From positions 992,001 through 1,056,000 of the forward strand of contig CP075493.1 of assembly GCA_021613535.1 (NCBI GenBank): 64,000 nt of DNA. Direction: 5' to 3'. The notes beneath the pieces are model-generated. The model did not search any database. It was given only the letters and a program-made list of their open reading frames with translations, and was not told where the DNA came from. Position numbers and translations under genes: made by a program. Shown piece by piece: positions 1 through 12,690 of this stretch. Position 1 is the stretch's first letter; the number at the start of each line of letters is the position of its first letter. This DNA is from Adineta vaga. Taxonomy: Eukaryota > Animalia > Rotifera.

Positions 1-895
1 GTCGTCGTCGAAATTCTGAATTAGAAAAAAGAACAACAAATGGATAAAATAAATGAATAAAGTAAGGTAAACTATAAAAATAATCAACAATAAATTGAGG
101 TGAAATTCCACCAAGATAAAAATTAATATAAATAGCTGCAGTTTGTAATGGTGCCCAACCAAAAACATAAAGTAATGTTATACTTAATAATTGAAGAAGC
201 ATTTTTCTATCTCGTTTCCAACGAAATAAATTAATTTGTACACGATGTTTTTGAAAAAGAAAACGAACAAATAAAATTCCACTTAATATTGGAATAGAAA
301 ATATTGGAATACAATTATTTATTATTGTATCAAGATTTCCAGTTAAAATATTAAAGAAATAACATGGAGCTAAACAAAGTAATTGATTATAATCATATGC
401 TGATTGACATGGATAAAAAAAGATTAAAAACAAATAAAATAACCAAGGATAAATTAAACAAATCAATATTGGAATATAATGATACAAATATTGATCTTTT
501 CTTCTTTGCATTAGATTTAAACGAAAAATAAGCCAATGACGTTCGGCACAAGCAAATCCCATTAAAATTAAATTACTTATATTAATACTATAATGTATCC
601 ATGTCCAAAATGAACAATAAACATCACTTTCAAATTGAACATGTGATCGATAGAAAAATGCTTCACTTGCTGAAAGGGGAATTAGAACAAAAAGAAAACT
701 ACTACAAAGTAAAACAATAATAATATCATTATGAATAGATTGACGAAGATTTTCATGACTTAAATATTGAATAAATAAATATAATGAACAAATTATTGAA
801 GGAATTTGTAAACTAAGAAAAATACCGAATTTAATTTGATTTAATAATCGAGGTGAATTCAATGTGAGATCAAGATCAGAATTATTCAATGACAT
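1..895 (-). CDS. Rhodopsin-like 7TM GPCR (orphan family), 3' end runs off the window
   Basis: Not in the ORF track because no stop lies in the window. Manual translation from ATG at 895: MSLNNSDLDL...KFGIFLSLQIPSIICSLYLF...YCSFWTWIHY...FACAERHWLIF (DRY-like ERH)...RDRKMLLQLLSITLLYVFGWAP...LFYPFVVLFSNSEFRRR; seven hydrophobic segments, intronless. Confidence 0.88.
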   Translation of the reverse strand, partial: MSLNNSDLDLTLNSPRLLNQIKFGIFLSLQIPSIICSLYLFIQYLSHENLRQSIHNDIIIVLLCSSFLFVLIPLSASEAFFYRSHVQFESDVYCSFWTWIHYSINISNLILMGFACAERHWLIFRLNLMQRRKDQYLYHYIPILICLIYPWLFYLFLIFFYPCQSAYDYNQLLCLAPCYFFNILTGNLDTIINNCIPIFSIPILSGILFVRFLFQKHRVQINLFRWKRDRKMLLQLLSITLLYVFGWAPLQTAAIYINFYLGGISPQFIVDYFYSLPYFIHLFYPFVVLFSNSEFRRR

Positions 896-1213
896 TCTTT
901 GTAATCTTGAGAAAGATTTTGTGAAAGTAAATGTGAAAGATATATCGTGAAGAGATTTTCTATCTATTCAAGTTAATAATGTTACGAGATACTTTTATGA
1001 AAAGAAAATAGTTTTAATTCAATTTCCGATAGAAACTCAAAATATATTAATTAAAATGTCTTAAGTTCAGTGATGTGTAGTATCTTGCCTATTGTTTGTA
1101 AATGAATGTTTTCTCCTTATCATCTGCTGATAGCGTGTTAGAGATTCATACATCATTACGAGAGCACAGTATGGTAATATGTTTCAAATGATAGAAATAT
1201 GAACTTATTTACC

Positions 1214-1273
1214 TTGAAGGTGTGGGTGTAGATGATTAGCTAATCCTCGCCTCACACCAATATACACTCTCAA
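1214..1273. repeat. Telomere-type fold-back element copy
   Basis: TTGAAGGTGTGGGTGTAG...CCTCACACC..ACACTCTCAA. Confidence 0.6.
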
Positions 1274-1394
1274 TATACATATTTCTTTGAATAATTTAAT
1301 AAATGATAAAAATATACAAATCGAATGCACAATGTTTAAGAAAAATCATTATTTTCTTTTTCTTTTCTACAATTATAAATATTCAAACTAAAAA

Positions 1395-3167
1395 TTATGT
1401 TTTAATTTCGAACATTCGTACATTATGATCCCATTGATTTGCGACATAGAGATTACCGTGCAGATCAAATGCCAAGCTAATAGGATGATTCAATTGTTTA
1501 TTTTGATCCTGTTGACCAATGATGACATGTGCTGGAGTTCCATCTTGTGGCCAACACATTACTCGATGATTTTCCCAATCAGTAACATAAGTATTATTCC
1601 AAGGATCAACAACAACTTTTCCAGGTGAGGATAAATGTTGAAGACTATTTCCTTTAAGTTGATTACCAGCAACAATGATACCTTCTTTCGATCCTTCTTT
1701 CCACATCATTACACGATGATTTCTATCATCAGATACATAAATTGAATAATCTCGTCCAACAAAAATAAAAATAGGTCCATTTAATTGATCAAGTTGATTG
1801 CCTTTTCCATTACCACCAGCAACAACAATTCCTTGTGTATCATTTATTCTATATCGTTTAACTTGATTTTGTTGATAATCAGAAACATAGAGAAATCCTC
1901 TTTCATCAATTGCTAAACCATGACAATCAATATTTGAAATAATTGTTTCACCAGTTGCATTAGATTGAAGAGGCCATCGAACTACTCGTCTATTTTTATA
2001 ATCAGAAATCAAAAGACAATTGTGTTTTTTGTCTAAAATGACATCTGTTGGACAATTTAATTGATTCGATCGATTACCATTACCATTTCCACCAGCAATC
2101 ACCTCTCCCATAGTTGCACCAGACTTCCATTTCATAATTCGATCATTTGATGAATCAGCAATATATATAGTTCGATCATCATCAATATAAAACCCATACG
2201 GATTACAAAGACTAAAAGATGAACTACCTTGATTATATCTTCCAGCTACAATGCGACCATTCGTAATCCATTTAGAATTTTGATTAATATTAATCATACG
2301 TAATGATGGTGACATTGATAAAGGTTCTTCTAAAAGTAGAAAATATAAGTTCAATAAAGTACTGAAATTGTCAAAATTCTATTAGCGACAACATATTATA
2401 ATCACTTATCTTACCCTGTTAATTAAAAAATCGTTTTTTTTCAGTTATTATTAAATATTAAAATACAATTAAAAAAACTTACTGATTATTTTGATTGATG
2501 TCATCTTTTCTTTTAATAATTCACTTTCTTGATTTAATTTGGATAGTTGTAATTGTAATTTTTGATTGTCATTTTCAAGATTTTGATAACGTTGATTTAA
2601 AGAATTTCTTTTTGATTCCAATACAATGGCGGATACAAGTCGTTGACGTTGCGAAATAATAACTTCTTTTTTCATCTGTAATTGTTTTATTTCATTGTTA
2701 ACCGTTACAAAATGTTTAAGAAATGATACTTTTAATTCAGTAGTACATTGAGATAAATGATCTTTAAGTTTATCTCGAGATCCTATCCATACACATTGAT
2801 TATTACCAGCAGAACAATATACTATAAATTTAGGGCATAATTTATCAATATGTTCATGAATATCTCCTCGTTCAATATTTATCTCATTGCAATATTTACA
2901 TCGCATCAAAATTCTATTTAACATATTTAGTAAATTTCGAGTAGCCTTTCGGAATTCGAAGAAAGTGATAACATCACGGCATATTGGACAAACTTTGTTA
3001 TTGTTACGAAGCATGCTCTCAATACATGTTCGACAAAATGTATGATCACATGACCAAATTGTTCCAGGATCCATAAAAGGGTTCGTACAAATACTACATT
3101 TAAGTTCAATATCGATTGAATCTTCATCCATATATTCAAAATGATTCATTCTTGAAATTTCCGACAT
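1395..3167 (-). CDS. RING-TRAF-type zinc finger-coiled coil-NHL repeat protein (TRIM-NHL-like E3 ligase), spliced
   Basis: ORF 2469..3236 has a C3HC4 RING (CSIC...CDHTFCRTC...CPIC), a TRAF-type Zn finger (CKYC...HIDKLCP...C...C...HLSQC) and a coiled coil. Its phase-1 donor (ATC A|GTAAGT, about 2482) joins in frame to the acceptor TTTTAG| near 2330 of NHL ORF 1395..2354 (AGGNGxG..QLxxP repeats). Confidence 0.8.
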
Positions 3168-3955
3168 ATGTGATGATATTATTTCATTCAAACTAAAAGA
3201 ATCCAAAATGTTTCGTTTACTTTTTGATAAGAACATGACTTAATGAATCATGTGTAGATTAAAACAAAACTTCGAAGAAGTAATAACATCTTGTTATTGT
3301 GTATGTTTTACAAAGAATATCTTACTGAATAATTTAATATTCATATAGTTGTTTAGAAGTTTCGAAAAACTTTCATGAGTAAACTAGTTATGACACGATA
3401 AGAAAACGTTAGAAAATCTTTGCAGTTTTGTTTTAATCTACACATGATTCATTAAGTCATGTTCTTATCAAAAAGCAAATGAAACATTTTCGATTCTTTT
3501 TGTTTGAGTGAAACAATATCATCACATATGTCGGAAATTTCAAGAATGAATCATTTTGAATATATAGATGAAGATTTAATTGATAATGAACTTAAATGCA
3601 ATATTTGTACCAAACCTTTTATTAATCCTGAAACAATTTGGTCATGTGATCATACATTTTGTCAAACATGTATCGAGAATATATTTCGTAGCAGTACCAA
3701 CGCCGCTTGTCCAAATTGTCTTAAGTCAATTTCGAGTGTCGATTTAAGATTCGCAAGTGATATTATAACTACTAAACTTGATAAAATTTTGGTGCGATGT
3801 AAGTATTGTAATGGGATAAACATTCAACGAGGAAATATTAAAGAACATATTGATAAAATGTGTCCTAAAGTTGTGATATCCTGTCCATCTATTGATAATC
3901 AATGTAGATGGATTGGACCTCGAGATCAATTGAATAACCATATGGCAGAGTGCAC
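2740..3955. repeat. Inverted duplication with a 152-bp spacer (3272..3423)
   Basis: 3121..3271 is nearly the exact reverse complement of 3424..3574, including non-coding upstream sequence; similarity continues outward through the RING/TRAF coding region at lower identity. Outer limits approximate. Confidence 0.92.
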
Positions 3956-5344
3956 TATTTTGTTACAAGAATTACTTTATAATCAATTAAAAAACACTAT
4001 GGAACAACTACAGAAATTAAAAATCGATATGCAAATGGTCGGTTTAGAAGAAACTAAGCTTTTTGAGACAAATAAAAAATTCGAACCGCTAATAAAGTGC
4101 ATTGAACAACGTTGTACAACAAATGAGAATGTTAATCAAGAATTAAAATTACAAGTAAATACGATAATGGATATACATAAAAGTCTTCGTTTACAAATTG
4201 ACAATGCCGTAACCAACAATCGTTATCTCGAACTAAAAGTATCCGATTTGGAAGATGAAAAACGTCAGCTGAATGTTCAAATTAGTGACCTCACATTAGA
4301 AAACAAAGGTTTTATTTCCGAAATTAATGATCTTAAAATCACAAAACAACAATTGGGAATGAAAACAAAGGATCTCCAGAACGAAAATTATAGACTTGGA
4401 AGTTTAGTGAAAATTCTGCGAGAAAACAACGCTGTTTTGACTACTGATATAGAGCAAATGAAAGCTGACAATCATCATCGACAATCTCAATCGGAAACTA
4501 TTGATTCTAAACAAAGACGTAAGTCAATCGATTTTTTATCGCAATGAGGACAAAGATTTACGAGAATACATTCTATTCTACGTTATGGAGCATCGTGAAC
4601 TAAAAATGACCATTCTACAATTGACAGTTCGATTAATGAAATATATTTTGCATTAAGGAGAACAACAGCAATCAATACTATCGATATCTGTTCCATCAAA
4701 TGTTGATGAGCGTAGAGGACATGAATAGCAAGAAATCTGAAGTATATAAAGAAATATCTACTACTTAATCTAACAATCCTATCGTTTAGCAATTCAAAAG
4801 TAGTCTTAATGCAAATTCGAAACTTAATACTATACAACATAATTCTAATAACTTATGCACAGTAATGAATATCGATATTCGAAAAGTAAGTTGTTTCAAT
4901 AAAAGTCGTGTTTCGATGTACATTTACTCGAAGATTATTTTATATACATAGAAGACTGGAAATAGTTGGGGCTTCTCTTTTACTACTGGTATTCGAACAT
5001 TAGGCAATGATGATTCTCGACCTGTAGTCATAACAAATATTACTGAAGGTGGTGTCGTTGCTCGTGATAATCAACTAAGGTTATATAATATAACGAAGTT
5101 TTTCTTTTTATATAATTTCGTGATTTTTGATGATATTACAGAGTTGGCGATGTCATTTTACAAATTAATGATATCAAATTGATGGCGATTTCGCAGGAAA
5201 ATGTCGTTAAAATCTTGAAAGAATGTGGTAATGAAATGCATCTTGTAAGTTTTCATTATTTCAGATATTATCTTCTTATATAATCTAGATATTTAACTGA
5301 TTTATTTGTAGCGTATTCGTCGTTGCCTTCCAACACTAACATAA
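3528..5344 (+). CDS. RING-TRAF-type zinc finger-coiled coil-PDZ protein (PDZRN/LNX-like architecture), multi-exon
   Basis: ORF 3504..4547 (RING, TRAF Zn finger, long coiled coil) with donor at 4519. Exons 4863-4885, 4952-5079, 5142-5244 and 5312-5344 give LMNIDIRKKTGNSWGFSFTTG...VVITNITEGGVVARDNQLRVGDVILQINDIKL...NVVKILKECGNEMHLRIRR, a canonical PDZ. An extra exon within 4520-4860 cannot be excluded. Confidence 0.8.
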
Positions 5345-5880
5345 ATGGAAATTACATGTTGCATTTTATACGATATTTAGTTAACTTTTTCAATATAAAA
5401 TATCAAAAAATAAAATAAAATCTATGATATTTTTTTATATTTTAACCTTGTAATTGAATCTGAAACGAAGAAAATAAATTATTATATGAAACTATAGAAG
5501 TTGTTTAACCAAAAAAGAAAAACCCAAACTGTTTTTCACAGAATTCTTTATTTTTCGTCATTTTTCTGCATTGCGTTCTGTCTTTATTTACCCCTTACTT
5601 AATGCATCAATATTTTTATTTTTCAATTCTTCCACACTGAGTTTTTCCCCAGACAAAAATACCCACTCCTATACCATTATAAATATATTTACATTTGCGC
5701 AGCAAGTCCTTTCTTTTTTCTTACGAATTCTTGTGATCTCATTTTAATCAATTTATATTATATTTGAAAAGTATGAGTTATTTTTGTGAATACTTATAAC
5801 TAAAACCAATTTTATATGCGTGATAGTGATGAATCATATCTGTTATATTTCATAGGTTTATTTCTGCAAACCAATCAGAC

Positions 5881-8800
5881 ATGCCAAACAAAAAACGACG
5901 ACAAGGTATGTTTTTTTTCTCAATATCTTTTTGGTGTCGTATAAAAACTATTGAATATTTTGAAATATATTTGTATAGCTCGATTAAATGCAAGACTAGC
6001 AACAAACAACGAAAATGACGATTTAGACGTAGCATCTGCTTCGGTGTCATCACTATCGGTAGTAGAGGCAGAATCAGAAGCAAGCCTACCCTCTGAAGTA
6101 TCCACTATATCTAAAACAACATCAGATTCTCAAACAAATACTGCAGTAAAAGGAGTATGGAATACTCAACCAGAATCCAAACATGAAATATCTGCGATTC
6201 CATCGAACGCGATTTTAGATGCTAAAGCAGCACCTCAACCAGCAGCTGTAACCAAACAAGCATGGGGTCCTCGATCAAATCCTCAAATATTGCCATCTTC
6301 TCAACCATCGGCTATACCAAAATCAGCCATTGATTCTTCAGCTCGAAGTTCAAATCGAGTGAACGCTCCTATAGTGTAGTTTCAGCAGTGAACGAGTCAA
6401 CAAGAAGTTCGTCTGCAAACAAATCAGGAGCTATATCGAAAGAACCTCGCTCTCAAAGTGTTCTTCCAATGAGACGTAGTCGATATATCTGTTCAGCAGT
6501 TCCTAATACAGCAGTATTAACACCAATTCGTCGACCAGAAAATGGTGGTACGAGCGGTAATGAGTTTTTAGTCTACACTAATCATTTCAAAGTGGATATT
6601 GGTGATGCTACTATTAATCAGTATGATGTTGATATAATCACTATGGATGCTCGTGGTAAACCACGTCCAGTGCGTAAAGATGAACGTTGGGAAGTTATAA
6701 AACGTATAGGAGAAGAAAATAAAAATTTTCCCGTGGTTTGGTATGTAAATGTTTCATTTCAATACAGTTAGAACTTTAAAATATGTTTCTTCTTTTTTCA
6801 AGGTATGACGAAGGTAAAACGTTATATACACGAGAATCATTAGCTCATTTTACTGAACCTATCAAAGTTAACATGAGACGAGGCGACGAAACGAAGACAT
6901 ATCAATTAAATATTATCAATCTTGTTCGACAAGATAAAATTTCTAATATTGTTGATTTCATTCAAAAGAAAACAACTATTCGACCACGTGAAACAGTACG
7001 AATTATTGAAATACTTTTCAAACAACGTGCACGTAATGATCTGATTTGTGTTCGAAATCAATTTTACAATCGAAATCAAATATTAGATGATCTCAGTAAG
7101 TCTTTTTTTTTTCTTTCCTTGAAAACTCATCTTCATCACATCGATCTATTTTTCTTTTATATAGAAGATGGTCGTGGTATGGCAAAAGGTTTCTATCAAG
7201 CATTATTTCTTACAAGATGTGGTCCAACACTCAATGTTAATTTAACATTTACTTGTTTCTATATGCCATTGAAATTCGTTGAGTTTGCATGTAAATATCT
7301 CCGAAAAGATATTACACGATCCTTTACAGAATATGAAGCGAAACTATTTCAGAAAATCATTCGAGATTTACTTAGTATGTATAAGCTTGTTCTTTTCAAT
7401 CATTTAACATGTTCATTATACGTTTCTTCGATCTCTCTATAGTTGAAACAGAACATGCAGGTCGTAAAATTCGTTATAAATTTCGTCGTTTCGGTCTTCC
7501 TGCAAATCAATTAATGTTTACTTGTGGTGATGATAATGAAAATTCAACTGAAATTTCATTGATTGAAAAGATTAGTGTAGAAGCATATTTCCAACAAAAA
7601 TATAATATTCAACTCAAATATCCACATTTACCATGTATTGATGGTACGAATGGTCCAAATAAAAGAGCAAATTGGTTACCTATGGAAGTTGTCAATGTAA
7701 ATATTCTTTATTTTATTTGTTGAATATATGTTATTAATGATTTTAGATTGTTGAATGGCAACGTTCACTTAAACCATTGGATGCTACACAACGAGCTCTT
7801 GTTTCTAGTAAATCTATTATTAAACCATTAGATCGATATAATCAAATCATGACTATTATGAATACACGTGATTTTGATAATGATATTCATTTGAAAGAAT
7901 TAAACGTACGAGTTGATAAAAAAGAAATGGTTTCCGTCAAAGGTATTGATAAATAGTTTTAAATTGAAATAATCATCATGTTTTACAAATCTAGCTCGCA
8001 TTCTTAAACCACCCGTAATCCAATATCGTAATCGACTGGATCCAAAAAAAGACGACGCAATCGAATATGTTGATGTTGGTAAATGGAAAATTCGTAATTG
8101 GTTTTATAGAACAACTGAGATTCATACATGGGGTGCTATCTATTTCGGTCCTAAACCGGATGTAAACACTCAAAGTATTCTTGATGAATTTGTTGCACGA
8201 TTTCCTGAGGTAAAAAAACTATTCTTTCTCAGTGTATTTTTTTAATCATCTTTCTTTGTTTTTTTTAGTTACTTCAACGTAAAGGTTTTATCATTCGATC
8301 TAAATTTAATCTAACAAAAGAAACGGATAACAAAAAAGATGTTGAACGTGCATTATTAGATGCTAGTAAAAAACGATGGCAAATAGCGATTGTTATTCTA
8401 AATACAAACATTGATCAAGTCTATGGTTATGTCAAACAGTTGGGTAATCAAAAGTTAGGCTTAAGAACACAATGTATCGATATGAATGCTTTGAGAAAAA
8501 ATATAAGCGGTCTTCATATGTGTAAGTACATGTAATAGAATATAAAATCTTTTTATTAGTTTGATTTATGGATCTGTTTTTAGATGTGGATAACTTAAGT
8601 CAAAAAATAAATGGTAAATTAGGTGGAATCAATAGTGTAGTCAATACAAAACTTGCTTTAAGTCGATCATCAAATGAAGACCTTTATATGTTCATTGGAG
8701 CAGATGTATGTTTAGATTTGAATGAAATAAATGATGTATTTATTAGTTCTTTTTCTAGGTTACGCATTCAACATGTTCGGTAGATCGTCCATCAATTGCA

Positions 8801-9849
8801 GCAGTTGTTGCTTCACGTGATCCATCCAATACTCTTTATGCTGCTCGACTTTGTGAACGTAAGAAGATTCAATGATTTCAGTTTCATAGTTTAGCAGAGA
8901 TTTTCATTTTAGAATATCCAAAGAAAGGTCGTTGTTCAGTAGAAATTATTAAAGAATTGGATCGAATGGTGACTGATTTATTACATGTATTTGCTCGCAC
9001 ATGTGGTGGTCGTCTTCCTAATAAAATCATTTTCTATCGAGATGGTGTCGACGAAGGACAGTATCAAAAAGTGTTAGATAATGAAGTCAATAAAATCAAA
9101 CATGCGTGTCGAAGTAAAATTTTTAGATCATAATCTATTCTATTACTACTATTATGATTCTATTTATTTCAGTTGTCTATGGTGACAAACCATTACCTAA
9201 ATTAACTTTTATTGTAGTAAAAAAACGTCATAATACACGTTTTTTTCTTTACCAAGATGGTAAAACGCTGAACGTTGAAGCAGGCACAGTAATTGATCAG
9301 GGTATTACACATCCATCTCAATTTGATTTCTATCTCTGTTCACAAGCAGCAATGTAAGTACTATCGATACATTTAGTTGAATGAACTATAGTGTTTGATT
9401 TTAGTATGGGTACATCACGACCGACACTTTATCATGTTCTTCATGATGATATCGGATTCAGTAGTGACGATATACAACAATTAACATATTGGGTAAGTTC
9501 AACGTTGTTTTATAACGTTCTAAAGATAATAAAAAACATGTCTTGCAGTTATGTCATACGGATATGCGTTGTACAAAATCAGTTTCCATTCCAGCGCCCG
9601 TACACTATGCTCATTTAGCAGCTTATGGATCACGTTCGCTACAATTTGATGATGATCGAGATACGGAAGGGTATGTCAATATTGAAATACTTATTCTTTA
9701 CTAGAATAAAATTTTGGTATCTCTCCTCTTTCTATAGTTCGATGATTGATGGTGACGATGATGAACCTCAAACTTATTCACTTGATGATGTTAAAACACA
9801 ATTAATGATTCTTGATCCTAAAGTTGCGGATGATATGTGGTTTATCTAA
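5881..9849 (+). CDS. AGO: Argonaute (AGO-like, N-PAZ-MID-PIWI), many short introns, DEDH tetrad; apparent frame break near 6334-6388
   Basis: Motifs: VYTNHF (N); [18 protein letters not shown]...WLPMEV (PAZ); YGYVKQ...TQCI and [10 protein letters not shown] (MID); [58 protein letters not shown] (PIWI); ends MWFI*. Splice sites checked by eye. Confidence 0.95.
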
Positions 9850-10270
9850 ATAATATTTCATGACATTTTTTAATAATCATGAACATACTTCTAGTTTTTT
9901 AATTAATTTAAAATGACTTTTCTAAAAATAAATGATTTTTCTTGTTCATTGATTGTAATTAGATTTTGATCTAAAGTACAGGCGACCTCCGTACACCTTG
10001 CTACCATTCAAGTGAGACAATATCCGTTTGACGCCCATTTCTGAACATCTTCTGTCAATTATTAATAAATAAAATCTCGTCTCTCATAAATTCTCTTTTC
10101 TTCTTCAAATGTGGATTGTAATTGACAAAGTTAATTAAAAGAACAGAAAAAGAATGTTTTTGTCATGAAAAGTTCTTTCTATAAACATAGATTACACGTT
10201 CAAAAAGAAGTCCTGCAATTTTATCAATTACTTTCTTTTTTAAAAATTATCAACGAAGTTCAGTGTAGCC

Positions 10271-11254
10271 ATGTCAAATTTTCCAGCAATTCAAAATGAA
10301 TTAAATCGTTATATGCCGTTTGTATTGCTCATCTCTGGAACGATAGGAAATATTCTTAATTGTCTTATTTTCTCACGTTCATCACTTCGAAACAAATCTT
10401 GTTCAGTTTACTTTCTAGCCAATAGTATTGCAAATATAACAGCACTCTATTTCAGTTGTTTGACACGTATCTTAATTATTTTTAGCATTTATCCAATACC
10501 AAGTCAAGGTTATATTTATTGTAAATTTCGAACATTTTTTACATATATGCCATTGTCAGCATCATCATGGTTTATAGTAGCAGCATGTGTTGATCGATAT
10601 GCATCGAGTTCAACTAGTGTTCGTATACGTTCATTTAGTCAATTTAAAGTTTCTCAACGAACTGTTGGTGGGATTTTCATTGCATTATGTTTAATTTGGA
10701 TTCAAATGTTTTTTTGTTTTAATGGAAATCCAGAAGGGACTGTTTGTGCTCCCGTATCACAATTTTGTAATACATACAATAATTATAGTTTACTTGTTTT
10801 CTATAGTCTTCTTCCACCATTATCTATGCTTTTATTTGGTTGGATGACTATTCGAAACATTCGTCATCGACCAATGAATCGTACGGTAAATGTAAAAGAT
10901 CGTCAACTTACTCTGATGCTTATTGTTCAAGTTTTCTTATTTCAAATTTTATCATTACCAATAGCAATTCAAAGAATTTATTCCTATATTACTATTGATC
11001 AAATCAAAAGTTTAGAACAAAAGCAAATAGAAAACTTTGTTCTTGAAGTTGTTAATTATGCAGCATTTACAAACACTATAACATCATTTTACATGTTTAC
11101 ATTGACTGGTTCATTATTTCGAAAAGAACTCAAATCTTTACTTTTCTTCTCAAATCGACGACAAGCAAATGTTGAACCAATTCGTACAACACAACGAAAG
11201 ATACCAGTGAATACGATTACTTCTCGACGACAACAAGCAACAACAGACATTTAA
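10271..11254 (+). CDS. Rhodopsin-like 7TM GPCR (orphan)
   Basis: GTIGNILN (TM1), CKFR, ACVDRY, 7 TM segments, intronless 327 aa. Confidence 0.92.
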   Translation: MSNFPAIQNELNRYMPFVLLISGTIGNILNCLIFSRSSLRNKSCSVYFLANSIANITALYFSCLTRILIIFSIYPIPSQGYIYCKFRTFFTYMPLSASSWFIVAACVDRYASSSTSVRIRSFSQFKVSQRTVGGIFIALCLIWIQMFFCFNGNPEGTVCAPVSQFCNTYNNYSLLVFYSLLPPLSMLLFGWMTIRNIRHRPMNRTVNVKDRQLTLMLIVQVFLFQILSLPIAIQRIYSYITIDQIKSLEQKQIENFVLEVVNYAAFTNTITSFYMFTLTGSLFRKELKSLLFFSNRRQANVEPIRTTQRKIPVNTITSRRQQATTDI

Positions 11255-11855
11255 TGTAACACTAAACTATTGAATTATTATATAGAGATATTCGAGAACA
11301 TAATCCACAATAAATATTTTATGAAAAATTTTATTCTAAATTAACTAAGATTTATTAAAATTAAAAAAGCCGAGACAAACAACATTTCATAAGAAGATTT
11401 CTTATGCTAACGAACTAATGTTCACTAAATGGGTTTTTTTGCCAAATTCTGCTCCTGACAGAGCTTTATAAGAGATTATATTAAAAATAGAAAAAGCAGA
11501 TTTTAGTCCTTAAAGTATAATGGAATATAAAGATCGTTTTAAGAACGCCGAACTGGTTTAGCTTATTAAAAAATAGCTTAAAGTGCAGTAAAATGACATG
11601 AAAAGAGTGCAGACATAAAGACAAAAGCATACCAGTAAGATTCAGCTTGTTACTATAACAAGTCTTTTTCAGATATAAATGAATAATAGAAGCTCTAAAA
11701 AGTAAGAATCATAGACAATTAAGAATAGTAAAAAGCGTTAGCGGACAAATGTATTTTATTGTTTTATTTAGAAAACAGGAAGTACTTCTCAATAATATAA
11801 AAGCACAAGAAAACTTTGTCCAAGAAAAAAGGGATTTCAGAATTGAAAGTTTCGC

Positions 11856-12690
11856 TCAAAAGTTCAGTATGGTATGATAAATACGGAAACATAGATCAAC
11901 GCAAAGTTCAACATCACAAATTAAACATTCGTATCTGGATTCCTATCTTATCCGATTAATTTTCTTTTCTGTATAACTACAAACGAAACTTCGTCTTAAT
12001 GGTATAGGCGCTTATTATCACTTGAAGGAATTAAAGATGGAAAATGCCCGTCCAACTGACCGTGCTTGCGTACGGGTTCACTTGATGGTCTTCCTATTCT
12101 GACTAGGTATCCCGGTATAGGTTATACAAAATTGAAGTTGTACCATTATTTTCATGAGCACATATTGATGGTTTATCAACTTGGGCTTGTCTCTTCTGAA
12201 CGATTGTAGTATTGTTATCATGATATGTTGTTGATAAGGGGAAACGGACACTCGGCCCACAGACATTTGCTTGCTAAGAAAACATTTCGAGTTAAATACG
12301 TAAATAAGACAAAGATAGTTTTTATTTACAAGAAATACTAAGTGGATGAGAAAGTTTGTCTTGTACTCACATCTGACATACATACCCATCCCATAACATA
12401 GCTCACTTAATTGTCTTACTTTTGTTCTGACTTCTATCAATTACAATTGGACGATTATTCCATTTGTGATCAAGCATCACAATGAGCAAATGTCCTAAAC
12501 CCCTTTTAAGCTTAGAATTTCTGAAATCGGGTGGAAGACTTTTTCGATTCTCAACGAACTGTTCCAACGGCATCTGTTTTTCTTTTTACGAGGTATAGAA
12601 ACAGTTCTGGTGACGAATAATAATTATCCATTAAGGTATAGTGTCCTTAATCCAGATTATCTTCCATCAATGTCATCACTGTTCGACACT
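11856..12690 (-). mobile_element. Degenerate piggyBac transposase relic (internally deleted and interrupted)
   Basis: Minus-strand translation: VMTLMEDNLD*GHYTLMDNYYSSPELFLYLVKRKTDAVGTVR/NRKSLP (catalytic DN motif, GTVRxNR), then LSTTYHD..VDKP, GRPS..GHFPSLIP and the C-terminal Cys-rich domain FVC...ESRYECLICDVELCVDLCFRIYHT. Stops and frameshifts present. A possible TTAA-bounded end lies at about 12941-12977. Confidence 0.88.

Noticed and set aside
5881-9849. Prokaryotic Argonaute defence operon
   Set aside because: The gene has many spliceosomal introns and eukaryotic AGO motifs.
12078-12440. 120-aa ORF as a gene
   Set aside because: It spans an insertion and an off-frame part of the piggyBac relic.
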